Assembly (NCBI GenBank): GCA_028820655.1
Contig: JAPPIK010000021.1
Span: 30,113-94,112 of the forward strand
From: Candidatus Poribacteria bacterium
Lineage (GTDB): Bacteria; Poribacteria; WGA-4E; JAJDTR01
Direction: 5' to 3'
Length of the DNA: 64,000 nt
Shown here: positions 41,752 to 52,628 of the stretch, piece after piece
Layout of the letters: the number at the start of each line of letters is the position of its first letter
How positions within the stretch are numbered: the first letter of the stretch is position 1
Program-made: the position numbers and the translations under genes
Notes under the pieces: model-generated
Told to the model about the DNA's origin: nothing
Database searches by the model: none
The model's input: the letters and a program-made list of their open reading frames with translations, nothing else

Positions 41752-42382
41752 GAAGTGAATCAGACCAATCGTTGTTCTAGGGGCTGAAATGAGATTCCTT
41801 TGATATTGAGTCACAGTGGGCAAAAGCATAGCACGTTCGGATTGGGTAAGGCAATGCAAAAACCGGGCATAGTACCTAATTATATTCATTAGAATTGACC
41901 ATACTTTGGGATTGACATTGTAAGTTGAGACGCTATAATTGAGGGCGGTCCATCATCCTCAAACGAACGCCATCGATCACTTGATGGCATGGGATAAACA
42001 CTCGGAAAACTAGAGGGCTATAGGTCCGATCGCCAGCTACATCCGAGGTTATTGCTCATGTCCCTTCGATTGATGCGATTCGTTGGGAGGTCGAATGGAA
42101 AATTGCCGCGAAGCAGTGGCGAAAAACGACATCTTGTGCGCTGATTCGCGATTCTAACGGAGTTTAGATTACAATTAGAATAATCTGTTCCACTCGTGAC
42201 GGTTGATGCCGGTTAAAGACGAAGACTGTTGCGGAAATATGTCTTACGGGCGTTTTATGCTCCGGTTTCCATCCGTGACCGGAAACTCTCCCACCGAATC
42301 CCGCGAGGCTTTCCAGTAAAGCACATACCAAGTTTCATGTTTGCCGCATGAGCCTAAATTCCCATCTTCAAGGAGATAGTAC

Positions 42383-43387
42383 ATGTCCAAAGTTCAACTG
42401 GGTATAATCGGTTGTGGCGGAATGTCCGGTAGCCATGCCGGCCGATTGAAAGTCAATTCAGATGTCCAAATTGTCAGTGTATGTGATGTGAACACCAACA
42501 TCACCGGGAGATATATCGAAAACAACCTCAAAGAAATTGAGCCGCGTCCCAAAGAATATGATGACCTGGGACGAATGCTAGACGAAAGCAAACCGGATGC
42601 TGTGGTCATTGTCACGCCACACGCACTTCACTTCCAACAGGGAATGCAAGCACTCGGTGCGGGCTGCCACGTGCTGATGGAAAAACCGATGGTTACGGCT
42701 GCCGATGACGCCTACGTGCTAGCTCAGAAGGTGGAGGAGACTGGAAAGGTGTTCGTTGTTGGTTACAACACGCCTTGCGCGGCGAACTTCTATTACATAC
42801 GTGAGTGCATCCGCAACCGCGATTTCGGAAAGTTGGAACTCGTATCCGGCTATCTCACGCAGGATTGGAAAGGAATAACCAAAGGCACATGGCGGCAAGA
42901 CGCGAAACTCGCGGGAGGAGGTCAAGCGTACGACAGCGGCGCGCATATACTCAATAGCCTATGCTGGTCGGTTGAATCGGACGTTGAAGAGGTTCATGCA
43001 TTCCTAGACAATCAAGACACCCCCGTGGACGTCAATTCGTCCATCAATATCCGTTTCGAAAACGGCGTTCTTGCCGGCATTTTGATTAGTGGCAACTGCC
43101 CAAGCGGCGGGTCCCATATGACATTTGTCTTCGAGAATGGACGAATAGAGGTCGATGGATGGGGCAGTTCATGGATTCGGGTGTGGGAAGGAGCCGAACG
43201 TTTGGATCCACCGCCGGTCAAAGAGGAGATGAACGCGGGTTCGCCTGATGACAACTTGATCGATGCGATTTTGGGGCGCGCCGAGCCGCGTACAAGTGCC
43301 CTGAACGGCATCATTCAGTGCGAGTTGATGGATGCCATCTATGAATCCGGGCGGACTGGAGGAATTGCGCGGCCGAAACGTCGATAA
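42383..43387 (+). CDS. Gfo/Idh/MocA-family NAD(P)-dependent oxidoreductase
   Basis: N-terminal Rossmann motif LGIIGCGGMSGSHA. Confidence 0.85.
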   Translation: MSKVQLGIIGCGGMSGSHAGRLKVNSDVQIVSVCDVNTNITGRYIENNLKEIEPRPKEYDDLGRMLDESKPDAVVIVTPHALHFQQGMQALGAGCHVLMEKPMVTAADDAYVLAQKVEETGKVFVVGYNTPCAANFYYIRECIRNRDFGKLELVSGYLTQDWKGITKGTWRQDAKLAGGGQAYDSGAHILNSLCWSVESDVEEVHAFLDNQDTPVDVNSSINIRFENGVLAGILISGNCPSGGSHMTFVFENGRIEVDGWGSSWIRVWEGAERLDPPPVKEEMNAGSPDDNLIDAILGRAEPRTSALNGIIQCELMDAIYESGRTGGIARPKRR

Positions 43388-43722
43388 GTACCACGACAAT
43401 AAGCACTCGCATCTTCAGACGATGGGTTTAGCCAGCGGTAACCGCTCGAACAGATTACTGAACCGGAGACTCGAATCGCGAGCGTTTTTTGGTTCTCCTC
43501 CGCGCGGCGCAAGACCGGACAGTGTGCATCCTTGAAATTCCATCAGAGGTCGCGTAAAGTGATACTGTGTGTGATTTGATTGTTAAGCCCTTCGTTCTCG
43601 TGGTAAAATACAAGAGTTGGAGTGTGAGATGAAGGCTTCTTGACCATTAGAGCGTGAGGACGCCTTCGGTGTATGTTCCAAAAAGAGTTGTCATGAACAA
43701 TTTCGAAAAAGGAGACACAAAA

Positions 43723-44505
43723 ATGAAACATCTTGTTTTTACAATGGCTGCCTTAATGATTTTTGCGGTTGCATCTTTAACTGTGGTCGCACAGCAAATC
43801 GTATTGGACGAGAACTTCGATAACGTCCCGAATGGTGAACTACCGGATGGCTGGACAGTTCTCTACAACGACACTTATAATGGATTCGATGATGCGGCTC
43901 AAAAACAGGTGCCGTGTGACCCGCCGTGTCCCGGTTGGCAAGTATTGGACGGGGTATTGGATTCCGGTAATGGCGACCATGACAGAGAAGCCCTGTTTAT
44001 CATGGTTGGGAGTGGCTGGGAACAGATCACTGTCCAAGTCGATATGGTGCGGGCGCAGGGCACAGGGTATATGGGAACTGCGACCAACGTCCAGCCAAAC
44101 GGCGACCGATACGACTGCAGATTCATGACCGGCAACCCGGGCAATCTCCTGAATGCCGAAGGAACGAATGACTTTGACCGACGCGGCGCCAATCCCGTGC
44201 TATGGTTAGTTCAACGCGTGAATGGAAAGTTTACGGTTCTCGCTCAAGCAGACAACGTCGCCGACTTGGAGCGCGGACCGTTTCATCCGATGGAGATGAC
44301 GGCCAACGGCGCCAACTTGAGTTGTACCGCCGCAGGTGCTACTGTGGAGGCTACGGCGTTGGATGCGCTTCCCGCTGGCGGTGTCGGTTTCCATAACGGC
44401 GAATACGGTGCGTTCTATGACAGCGTGTTGGTGACGGCCGTTGCGACATCGGTAGATCCGAAAAGTAAATTGGCGGCAACCTGGGGACAGATTAAGCAGC
44501 AATAG
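43723..44505 (+). CDS. secreted jelly-roll (LamG/glucanase-like) protein with the shared C-terminal TWGxIK tail
   Basis: ATG at 43723 with an AAAGGAG RBS. Signal peptide MKHLVFTMAALMIFAVASLTVVAQQ. Ends ...SVDPKSKLAATWGQIKQQ. Confidence 0.75.
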   Translation: MKHLVFTMAALMIFAVASLTVVAQQIVLDENFDNVPNGELPDGWTVLYNDTYNGFDDAAQKQVPCDPPCPGWQVLDGVLDSGNGDHDREALFIMVGSGWEQITVQVDMVRAQGTGYMGTATNVQPNGDRYDCRFMTGNPGNLLNAEGTNDFDRRGANPVLWLVQRVNGKFTVLAQADNVADLERGPFHPMEMTANGANLSCTAAGATVEATALDALPAGGVGFHNGEYGAFYDSVLVTAVATSVDPKSKLAATWGQIKQQ

Positions 44506-44890
44506 CGCTGTTTATATCTTGTTGAGCCGACCACAGTTGCAGCCTTCAAAGAGGAAACCGGGTCTCTCTTCTGCGATCCATGCACGGTAAAACTACGGTT
44601 TTACCAGTGTTGAATCGTTGGGGCGACTCGGTTTCTATTCGTTTTCTTATCAAATAGGGGATGCGAACGCTGTGTTAATGTACTCAACGCCCTAACCTCT
44701 TGCGGCAATCGAGATGATTATAGTCCTCAACGAATTGCCACGTGTGGATGTCATATCGTGAGCCGCATTCGTTGATTGTTAAGGGGATTTCCTCGCGGTC
44801 TGATTCGATTATTTTCTGTTTTCCGTTACACCATTCCATTACGGGTAATGGTGCGAGGAAGTCTATTCGAAAGACTGGCTTTCCTGTTAC

Positions 44891-45736
44891 TTGATGGCGA
44901 CGAATCAACTGTCAGGAGGTTTTATTCAGATGATAGTGTCAATCGCGAAACAGGTACTTCTGAGCGCAATTTGCTTGATGTTTCTCTTTTTTCCTTATGC
45001 GGAGTGTATCGCAAAGGTTTTAGAAATTGCCGACAGCAGGGAAAGTATCAACGACCTGCGCAGCAAAGCCGTAATCAACTTTGCACATCAAGGCGAAGGT
45101 AATCCCAATGTGCCACTCAAACTGGAAAACGAGGACGGATTTGGGGATAGGTGGTCTATCTTTTTGGGAACGGCTGAATATCACACACATCCCGCGACCA
45201 ATTGGGGCATTGAGATTAAGCCGAATCCGCAAGGGGAAAATGAATACCGATACATGACTATCGCTTGGAAGGCCGACCGAAGAAATAGAGGTTTGATGAT
45301 TCAACTTCACGGGAAATGGGGATTTGGCTGCGTCCACGAAGATTCGTGTTGGGACCATCGATGGTATGCCGGCGATTTAGATTCGATGGCTCCCGTATTA
45401 AAGAATCCCAAAGATGGTGGAAACGTACAAAAGTTCGAATTGCCCGAAGGAAGTTTTTCGCACGAGTGGAAGTTCCTTATTCTAGATCTTTCTCAGTATG
45501 CGATGAATGTGATTCACGCAAAACCCTTCAAAGTATTAAAAGGAGAATGGACAGTTAACGCAATAGCGCTTGATACGGATAATCCTTTCCCCAACGGCGG
45601 CGGAGCGCACTTTGACGTTATATACTTTACGCAGACGTTCGAAGAAGCCGAAGAGATAGAACGGTTGGCATTGGCGGTTTCCCCGGAGGATAAGGTGACC
45701 ACATCATGGGGAACAATCAAGGCTTCTCAACATTGA
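44891..45736 (+). CDS. secreted protein of unknown fold with the shared C-terminal TWGxIK tail
   Basis: N-terminal hydrophobic signal. Ends ...VSPEDKVTTSWGTIKASQH. Confidence 0.7.
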   Translation: MMATNQLSGGFIQMIVSIAKQVLLSAICLMFLFFPYAECIAKVLEIADSRESINDLRSKAVINFAHQGEGNPNVPLKLENEDGFGDRWSIFLGTAEYHTHPATNWGIEIKPNPQGENEYRYMTIAWKADRRNRGLMIQLHGKWGFGCVHEDSCWDHRWYAGDLDSMAPVLKNPKDGGNVQKFELPEGSFSHEWKFLILDLSQYAMNVIHAKPFKVLKGEWTVNAIALDTDNPFPNGGGAHFDVIYFTQTFEEAEEIERLALAVSPEDKVTTSWGTIKASQH

Positions 45737-45919
45737 ATCTGCTGACGTTGATTTGTTTCGAGTTGAGCGTTGGATTGGCGTTGTTTACCGGCATTGGGTC
45801 GCAGCAATGTTCATGGGCTATGAATCGGCGGTCTGTGCGAATTTGGTGATCGGATACAATTGAACGGATAAGTGCGAGATCATGACGACACAGGCAACTT
45901 TGACGGACGCGAATTATTG

Positions 45920-46501
45920 ATGAGAATCGCCATCATGGGTGGGACATTCAACCCCATTCATTATGCACATCTCTTGAGCGCCGAACAGGTATATGACCGG
46001 TTGGACTTTGATAAGGTTCTTTTTGTCCCGTCCGCACGCCCTCCGCACAAAGATAACGGAGACATCATTGACTCAGAGCATCGCTACCAAATGGCACTGC
46101 TTGCAACATCGGGTAACTCCCATTTCGAGGTGTCGCGAATTGAACTGGAGAGGACAGGTACCTCATACGCGATTCAAACCGTGAAAGAACTACAGAAGCA
46201 ATATGGAAGCGACTGCACACTTGCGTGGATTATCGGCGCGGACTCCTTAATTGAATTTAAGATCTGGAAGGATTTTGACGAACTGCTCGATATCTGCCAA
46301 TTTATCGCCACGACGCGACCAAGTTACAATCTTGACAACGTGCCCCCTACGCTGCGGGACCGCGTTCAGATATTTCCGGTTACCGGAGTCGATATTTCCG
46401 CGACCGAGATTCGCCGGCACGTTAGACAAGGGTTATCAATTCGGTATCTAGTGCCGGAGGCGGTCAGGCGGTATATCGACCAGCACAAATTGTATAAGTG
46501 A
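45920..46501 (+). CDS. nadD: nicotinate-nucleotide adenylyltransferase
   Basis: MGGTFNPIHYAHL (H/T-x-G-H motif). Followed by yqeK and rsfS as in the conserved operon. Confidence 0.9.
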   Translation: MRIAIMGGTFNPIHYAHLLSAEQVYDRLDFDKVLFVPSARPPHKDNGDIIDSEHRYQMALLATSGNSHFEVSRIELERTGTSYAIQTVKELQKQYGSDCTLAWIIGADSLIEFKIWKDFDELLDICQFIATTRPSYNLDNVPPTLRDRVQIFPVTGVDISATEIRRHVRQGLSIRYLVPEAVRRYIDQHKLYK

Positions 46502-46733
46502 CTTGGGCAGATTAGCATACAATTCATGAGAGCAAAAACCAGAGGACTGAATCGTACCTAGCACTGCAGGAGGTGTAGACGATCAAGGTTTGTTTTGAAA
46601 TCGATATTCGGGCTTTTGGATTCGGATGAGATTGGGACGCCCGCACCGCTCGTTTGTGAATGAAACGGGGTTATCACGGAAACGCGGTTTTCGGGCAAAT
46701 TGGCTGGTGTGGCAAGCGGAGAGGGATTCCAAA

Positions 46734-46991
46734 TTGAAACACAAATGTAGTATCTGCGGACAATCTTTCGAGTTCAGCTATAGGAAGGGCAAAGACCTCC
46801 CGCCAAATTTTCCGTTCTGCAGTCGCCGTTGTAAAGCGATTGACTTGAAAAAATGGCTCAACCATGAATACCGAATAAGCACTGAATTGGCTAACTCCAA
46901 ATTTATGACCGAACAGGAACGAGAGGTGTTCGCGCGGTTTCTAATCGAATCAGGCGAGGTTGACGAATTGAGTGATGAAGACCAGAAATGA
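46734..46991 (+). CDS. YacG-like zinc-ribbon protein (DNA gyrase inhibitor family)
   Basis: CSICG...FCSRRCKAIDLKKW matches the YacG CPxC...FCSxRCKxIDLGxW signature. TTG start at 46734 with a GAGGGA-N7 RBS. The listed ORF begins earlier, at 46626. Confidence 0.5.
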   Translation: MKHKCSICGQSFEFSYRKGKDLPPNFPFCSRRCKAIDLKKWLNHEYRISTELANSKFMTEQEREVFARFLIESGEVDELSDEDQK

Positions 46992-47595
46992 CCGCGCCGG
47001 CAGGCACGAATTGATCGCGGATCCGAAGAGTGAGGAGATTAACGCATATCTTGGGGCTAAGCTTGAGGAAAAGCGTTACCAGCATGTCCTATCGGTGCGC
47101 GACATGGCCGTGGATTTGGCGGGCAAATTCGATGCGGATTTGCAGAAAACAAACCTTGCCGCTATGCTGCATGATTGCGCGAGGTGGATGAACACGCGCC
47201 AGCTATTCGATGCCGTCGCCGACTACGAGATTGGACTTGATGAATTTGAAAGAATTAGCGCGTCACTCTTGCATGCACTCGTGGGCGCTGAACTCGCGGT
47301 TGATGTTTTTTCAGTTGATGATGAGGAGATACTCAGCGCTGTCCGAAGTCATACTAAAGGAAACAGGGCAATGACGTTGGTTGACAAGATCTTGTTCGTG
47401 GCAGATTTTGCTGAACCGAATCGAACTTATCCGGAAGCAGAGTCGGTACGCCAGATCGCCAACGAAGATATCAATCAAGCGGTGTTTGAGGTAGCCAGAC
47501 ACAAAATCACCACTCTCCTTGAGAAGGGGTTAGTCATACATCCTGATACCATCGCCGTCTACAATGGGGCGCTGTGCGAAAATACAGATTTGTAA
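46972..47595 (+). CDS. yqeK: HD-domain bis(5'-nucleosyl)-tetraphosphatase YqeK
   Basis: HD motif H...HD (YQHVLSV...MLHDCAR). Conserved position after nadD. Confidence 0.85.
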   Translation: MMKTRNDRAGRHELIADPKSEEINAYLGAKLEEKRYQHVLSVRDMAVDLAGKFDADLQKTNLAAMLHDCARWMNTRQLFDAVADYEIGLDEFERISASLLHALVGAELAVDVFSVDDEEILSAVRSHTKGNRAMTLVDKILFVADFAEPNRTYPEAESVRQIANEDINQAVFEVARHKITTLLEKGLVIHPDTIAVYNGALCENTDL

Positions 47596-47625
47596 TTTGC
47601 CAGCGAAGCCCGAGGAGGAAAAAAC

Positions 47626-48039
47626 TTGGCAGGACATGCTACAGTGGATATCGTACAAGCGGCGGTAAGTGCGGCGTTGAGCCGACGCGCGCGCGACCCG
47701 ATTATCCTAGATCTCCGGGAGTTGGGGTCTTTTACGGATTACTTTGCAATTTGCAGTGGGACATCCGACATTCAGGTCGAAGCCATATCCGCTGCCGTCT
47801 TGGACGAGTTGGAAGAGAAATGGAACGTTCGGCCTTGGCATCGCGAAGGCTTGCATCAGTCGGATTGGGTCTTGTTGGACTACGTTGACTTTGTTGTGCA
47901 CATTTTTCTTGATGAAAAACGGAACCATTTCAATCTTGAGCGGCTCTGGATAGAAGCTCCAACGATTGAAGTGCCGGATGTTGAAGTAGAAGGCGATACC
48001 GGATTTGACTCGTTCGAGAAAGAAGAGTCAATCCTGTGA
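47626..48039 (+). CDS. rsfS: ribosome silencing factor RsfS (Iojap)
   Basis: Iojap signature DYFAICSGTSDIQVEAI...DYVDFVVHIF. Confidence 0.9.
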   Translation: MAGHATVDIVQAAVSAALSRRARDPIILDLRELGSFTDYFAICSGTSDIQVEAISAAVLDELEEKWNVRPWHREGLHQSDWVLLDYVDFVVHIFLDEKRNHFNLERLWIEAPTIEVPDVEVEGDTGFDSFEKEESIL

Positions 48040-48547
48040 ATTTTTTTGGCTACCTAGAATGTAGCCAACGAATACCGAATTATTAATTCCTACCATTCTC
48101 CCATTAACATCGCAGCTTGTGGACTTGCCATCTTTAATTCTGAGGTATTTGTTAGGAATTCTTTGCACTAGTTCGTGGTTGCCCTAGATGATTGCAACGC
48201 CACGTAGAACCTCGCTGATCAGGAGTCATTACGAAAACCGAGCGTCGTCCAAGCCATACCCGATTGAACTCGCAGAGGTAATCGTTCTTGATGTATGTCC
48301 GCCCTTTGAGTCGTTGAGTGACCGCGAAATCTCTATCGCCTTGAGATCTCTATCTCGGCCGTTATGGGATTCACTATGGGATCACTATCGCACTTCTTGT
48401 TCAGCCGCTTGATCCTTCCTTGTCCAGTCAGTTGAACTCCCTTGATTTATCCGCGAAGCTGATAAATCTCTTGATTGTCGTTCGCTCATTCACTTGATAT
48501 TCGACAATTTCTCGACTTTACCGACACAAAATCCATGAGGTGACAAA

Positions 48548-49534
48548 ATGCTACTCAAGCTGATTCCCCGGAGTCTTTTGTTTGCGGCACTGTGCCTCTG
48601 TCTGACGCGTGTGGAAATGGTGTTGAGTCAGGGACCCGTGGCCCAAGAGTCACAGATCGTCTTTACCTCCGAAAGGGATGGGAATTATGAAATTTACGTG
48701 ATGGATGCCAACGGCAAGTCTATAAAAAGACTCACACATCACCCGATGGCCGACGGCCAAGCTGTATGGTCTCCTGATGGAACGAGAATAGCATTTGCGT
48801 CCGATAGAAATGAGGGCAATATCCAGATTTTCATCATGGACAGCAATGGAGGAAATCCGACAAGACTAACGGACGGCGTCTGGGACTGATATCCAGCGTG
48901 GTCGCCTGACGGCCGCAAGATAGCATTCTCGGGCTATCCCGAGGAACTTAACCCTGAGATTTTCGTGATAGACACCGACGGAAAGAACCTGACGAGACTA
49001 ACGAACCAAATCGGGCTTGACACTGCACCGTCATGGTCACCCGACGGTCAAAGGATTGCCTTCATGTCCCGCAGGGGCGGGGACGATGACATCTTCGTGA
49101 TGGACGCTGACGGCGGTAATCAGACGAGGATAACACGCAATCTGGATCTCTCGGGTAACCCGTCTTGGTCGCCGGATGGACAGAGGATTGCATTCGATGC
49201 CTTTGAAGACAAAAACTTTGAAATCTATGTGGTGGATCCTGATGGAAAAAACCTGGACAGATTGACTAACAATCTAGTGCATGACCAAGCTCCCGCTTGG
49301 TCACCTGATGGGCGTAAGATTGCATTTAATAAATGGGAAGTAGTGCCTTTCCCCCACATCGAAATACATCTAATGACATCCGACGGAAAATATCTGAAAC
49401 GTCTTACCAATCTGCCAAATCATGATGATTACCATCCTGATTGGACTGATTCTTCAGGACGTGCTGTTTCTCCGACAGGCAACCAAATTACAATTTGGGG
49501 CAGGGTTAAGAAATTTTCGTCTCTATTTCGGTAA
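48548..49534 (+). pseudogene. PD40 (TolB-like) beta-propeller gene, first unit of the array, interrupted by an in-frame TGA at 48887-48889
   Basis: The 113 aa and 189 aa ORFs are in the same frame and separated by one TGA (...LTDGVWD*YPAWSPDGRKIAF...). Signal peptide at the N-terminus. The shared tail ...QITIWGRVKKFSSLFR is at the C-terminus. Confidence 0.6.
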
Positions 49535-49753
49535 TTTGTATCTAGCTGGCTGACATCCGACAACTGGGCAAGACCATTTGTATTAGGCTAAAAGGCGGTT
49601 GAAGGACGCCCTGAGCAACAAACTGCAAGGGGAGTTGACCGATGAATGGGCGTAAATCCTTAAAGCCCCTCCGAGGTCAAAGGCAAAAGGGATAGTTTCC
49701 GACTTTCTCGACAGAGAAGAGGGGAAGTTAGCCAGCCGCAGCGCCTTTGCAAC

Positions 49754-49921
49754 GGTGGCATTGGTTTGCACAACCGCTCTGGTAATGACGTTTCTTGTTG
49801 CCTCGGACGCCGAGGCAGGACCGCCTTGCGGCAAAGCAAATAGTGCAGATGGCTGGGTCGGTTGCAGTAAGTTTGTGAATCAGGTCTGGCATCGCAGGTG
49901 CATTCCGGAGGGGTGGAATTA
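49754..49921 (+). CDS. degenerate copy of a small Cys-containing secreted peptide gene (no good start codon)
   Basis: The DNA is ~80% identical over about 80 nt (49739-49819) to the leader region of the 53.8 kb peptide gene, which encodes SAFATVALV.TTAL.MT.LVA.DA.A. Only a GTG without an RBS is available as a start. Mature part GPPCGKANSADGWVGCSKFVNQVWHRRCIPEGWN. Confidence 0.2.
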
Positions 49922-50402
49922 ACCGTGACATTTAGCGTATAGACCATCCTGAATTGTTCATTATCCTGTTGTTGACTCATGACGCGTTTTTTCCATTGTC
50001 CTCCATCAATTGGCAAGCCGGCAAACAAGCGCTCAAACCATAGGCACCTGAATATGCTCGGTTGACCGGTTTGTGCCTTGTTTACCAATGCGCTGGCGTG
50101 TTGAGAGAGGGGTGGCATTTATCAATGTGCACGGAGATTGAAAATTCGGGATGAGCTATGCATTTAGCTCTTTTCATTGAGACATAAAGGAAAAACCTTG
50201 CAAGCTTGATGCTTGTCGGTTGCTTAATTTTATGGAAATCAAACCGGGGAATTAATTTCTCTGGTTCGTGCCGCATTCGGTTGGCTATTTTGTCACAAGA
50301 ACTAGGAGGTGTAATCATCAATCTTGATGATTTTCTCAAGCGATTCATGTGCTTTTCAATAATATTGCGACGCAACCGACATGAAACCTATGAGGGAGAG
50401 AG

Positions 50403-51362
50403 ATGCGATTCAAGCTGATACTCGGACATCTACTGTTTGCGGGACTGTGCGTCTGTCTGACGAGTGGAGAGTTGTGGTTGGGAAGCGCGCTCGCCTTTAA
50501 CACAAATCGAATTGTTTTTACATTCTGGAAACATGGCGACGGTGAAGTCTATGTAATGGATGCCGATGGCAGAAACCGAGAAAACCTTACAAACCATCCA
50601 GGGTATGACTTCGATCCGGATTGGTCTCCCGACGGGACGAAGATTGCATTCGGTTCCGGCCGAAACGACGTTTTTCAAATCTACGTAATGGACGCCGATG
50701 GTGAAAACCAAATGAGACTGACAGATGGACCGCGGCAAAAGCGGGAGCCAGACTGGTCTCCCGATGGGAGTAAGATTGCGTTCACCGTCGACGATGGGGT
50801 ATCTCATATCGGCGTGATGGACGCGGATGGAAAGAATCGTGTAAGGCTTGAAAACCGGGCGAGTGAGCCATCATGGTCTCCGGATGGGAGACAGATTGCA
50901 TTCGCGACCTCGAGAAACGGGGACCATGAAATCTTCGTGATAGGCGCTGACGGACAGGGACTTGAAAGGGTGAAGCACGGTTTGCGTGGACACAGCCCGT
51001 CGTTTTCTCCCGACGGACGACGGATTGCATACTATGAGTCGCACGAAGGATTCAGACACATCCATTCGGTCGACACTGATGGGAAAAATCGGGTGAGGCT
51101 CACGCACAATCAAGGGCATCATTCGCACCCCACGTGGTCTCCCGATGGGCAGATGATTGCATATGTGGCCTATAAAGATCTATTTTTCGGCGACGCAACG
51201 ATTCACTTGATGACCGCGGACGGAAAATATCTTAAGCAACTTAGCAGAATTCGCGATGGGATCGATTTCCAGCCCGACTTTAGTCCGGTGGGACTAGCTG
51301 TCTCTCACTCTTCCAAGACAGCTACAATTTGGGGTAAGATCAAAATACCGTTTGGGCAATAG
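50403..51362 (+). CDS. secreted PD40/TolB-like beta-propeller protein with the shared C-terminal tail
   Basis: Signal peptide. Repeated (D)WSPDG.(K/R)IAF blades. Ends ...SKTATIWGKIKIPFGQ. RBS GAGGGAGAGAG. Confidence 0.85.
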   Translation: MRFKLILGHLLFAGLCVCLTSGELWLGSALAFNTNRIVFTFWKHGDGEVYVMDADGRNRENLTNHPGYDFDPDWSPDGTKIAFGSGRNDVFQIYVMDADGENQMRLTDGPRQKREPDWSPDGSKIAFTVDDGVSHIGVMDADGKNRVRLENRASEPSWSPDGRQIAFATSRNGDHEIFVIGADGQGLERVKHGLRGHSPSFSPDGRRIAYYESHEGFRHIHSVDTDGKNRVRLTHNQGHHSHPTWSPDGQMIAYVAYKDLFFGDATIHLMTADGKYLKQLSRIRDGIDFQPDFSPVGLAVSHSSKTATIWGKIKIPFGQ

Positions 51363-51473
51363 AAGAAATAGACGTTATTTGGCAATTGGAGTCTTGTTTC
51401 CCGTGGGGGCGGGGAGTCGCGACCTGCAAATCGCTCCTACAGGTATAGAGCTCGAAAAAGGAGTAAATGACCT

Positions 51474-52472
51474 ATGAAAAACGTCAGCCATTATATCAGC
51501 AGATACCTGCTTCTATTGTTGTTGGGGTTACTGTTTGCGTCGTACAGCGCGGCGCAGGGATTTGTGCCGAGAATCGTCTTTGCATCGAACCGTGACGGGG
51601 ACTGGGACATTTACTCCATGGATGAGAACGGGGATAACGTGGTCCAGCTCACCAACAACCCGGCATCCGATCGCTTTCCCGGTTGCTCGCCGAACGGGAG
51701 AAGGATAGCGTTCGAATCAGAGCGCGGCGTTACGCCTGACCTGTATGTGATGGACAGCGATGGCAGTAACGTGGTAAGACTCACCCAAGACAATTTTTTA
51801 GAAGGCCGCCCCAGTTGGACGCCGGAGGGAACGAAGATTGCCTTTTCATCTTTCCGTTTTGCCGTTGGCAACTCGGAAATCTACGTGATGGACGGCGACG
51901 GAAATAACCTGATAAATTTGACAAACCACAAGTGGCAGGACGTTAGGCCGAGTTGGTCGCCAGATGGCAGCAAGATGGCGTTTACCTCCATGCGTGATGG
52001 CCGCTTCAATACTCCCAGGCATATTTTCGTGATGAATGCGGATGGAACGGAAAGGCGCAATCTCACTGCCGATACCCAACTAACGAACAGTCGGAATCCT
52101 AGTTGGTCACCGGATGGACGCAAGATTGCTTTTGACTCGCGGCGCCTCTTCCGAGATGGCCAGCGTGATGACATTTTCGTGATCACCGCTAAAGGAGAAG
52201 AGTTAGAAAGGCTTACGAACAAGGAGGGTGCCAATATTCAACCCGTCTATTCGCCGGATGGTACCAATATCGCCTTTGTGTCAACGCGTGATGGAGGTTA
52301 TAACATATATTTGATGGACACCAACGGGAAGAACGTTGTCAGACTCACGAAAACTCCGCATGGTATTGAAAACCTAAATCCCGCATGGCCTCACGGCGCA
52401 TTAGCAGTCAATCCCAGCGGAAAGTTACCGATATCTTGGGGAGAACTCAAGCGCACCCACAACCCGCGATGA
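51474..52472 (+). CDS. secreted PD40/TolB-like beta-propeller protein with the shared C-terminal tail
   Basis: Signal peptide and PD40 blades. Ends ...SGKLPISWGELKRTHNPR. Confidence 0.85.
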   Translation: MKNVSHYISRYLLLLLLGLLFASYSAAQGFVPRIVFASNRDGDWDIYSMDENGDNVVQLTNNPASDRFPGCSPNGRRIAFESERGVTPDLYVMDSDGSNVVRLTQDNFLEGRPSWTPEGTKIAFSSFRFAVGNSEIYVMDGDGNNLINLTNHKWQDVRPSWSPDGSKMAFTSMRDGRFNTPRHIFVMNADGTERRNLTADTQLTNSRNPSWSPDGRKIAFDSRRLFRDGQRDDIFVITAKGEELERLTNKEGANIQPVYSPDGTNIAFVSTRDGGYNIYLMDTNGKNVVRLTKTPHGIENLNPAWPHGALAVNPSGKLPISWGELKRTHNPR

Positions 52473-52628
52473 TGTCAATCGGGCTAGAGGACTGGGCGGG
52501 TCATTGAAAAAAATCTCCAGCGCCGATAGCGTTGCAAAATGGTTTGGAGCGCGTCCATACTGTACCTGCGCAGCCACTCAAAACAGGTTTCTTTACCGTT
52601 CTTTTTACGCACAACCAAGGAGAAAAAA

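Noticed and set aside
48040-48075. Inverted repeat TTGGCTAC...GTAGCCAA after rsfS as a terminator
   Set aside because: The T-run precedes the stem on the plus strand instead of following it, and the stem is followed by an A-run on the minus strand. It does not have intrinsic-terminator geometry in either orientation.
48887-48889. TGA as selenocysteine or as an alternative genetic code
   Set aside because: Many genes in the window terminate with TGA at sensible positions. No SECIS-like hairpin follows. Pseudogene or sequencing error is more parsimonious.
49728-49931. Minus-strand ORFs (49728-49931 and 53760-54050) over the conserved small-peptide loci
   Set aside because: They are the antisense reading of the conserved leader region. 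The plus strand is co-directional with the array, gives a signal-peptide-like N-terminus, and is followed by the hairpin.
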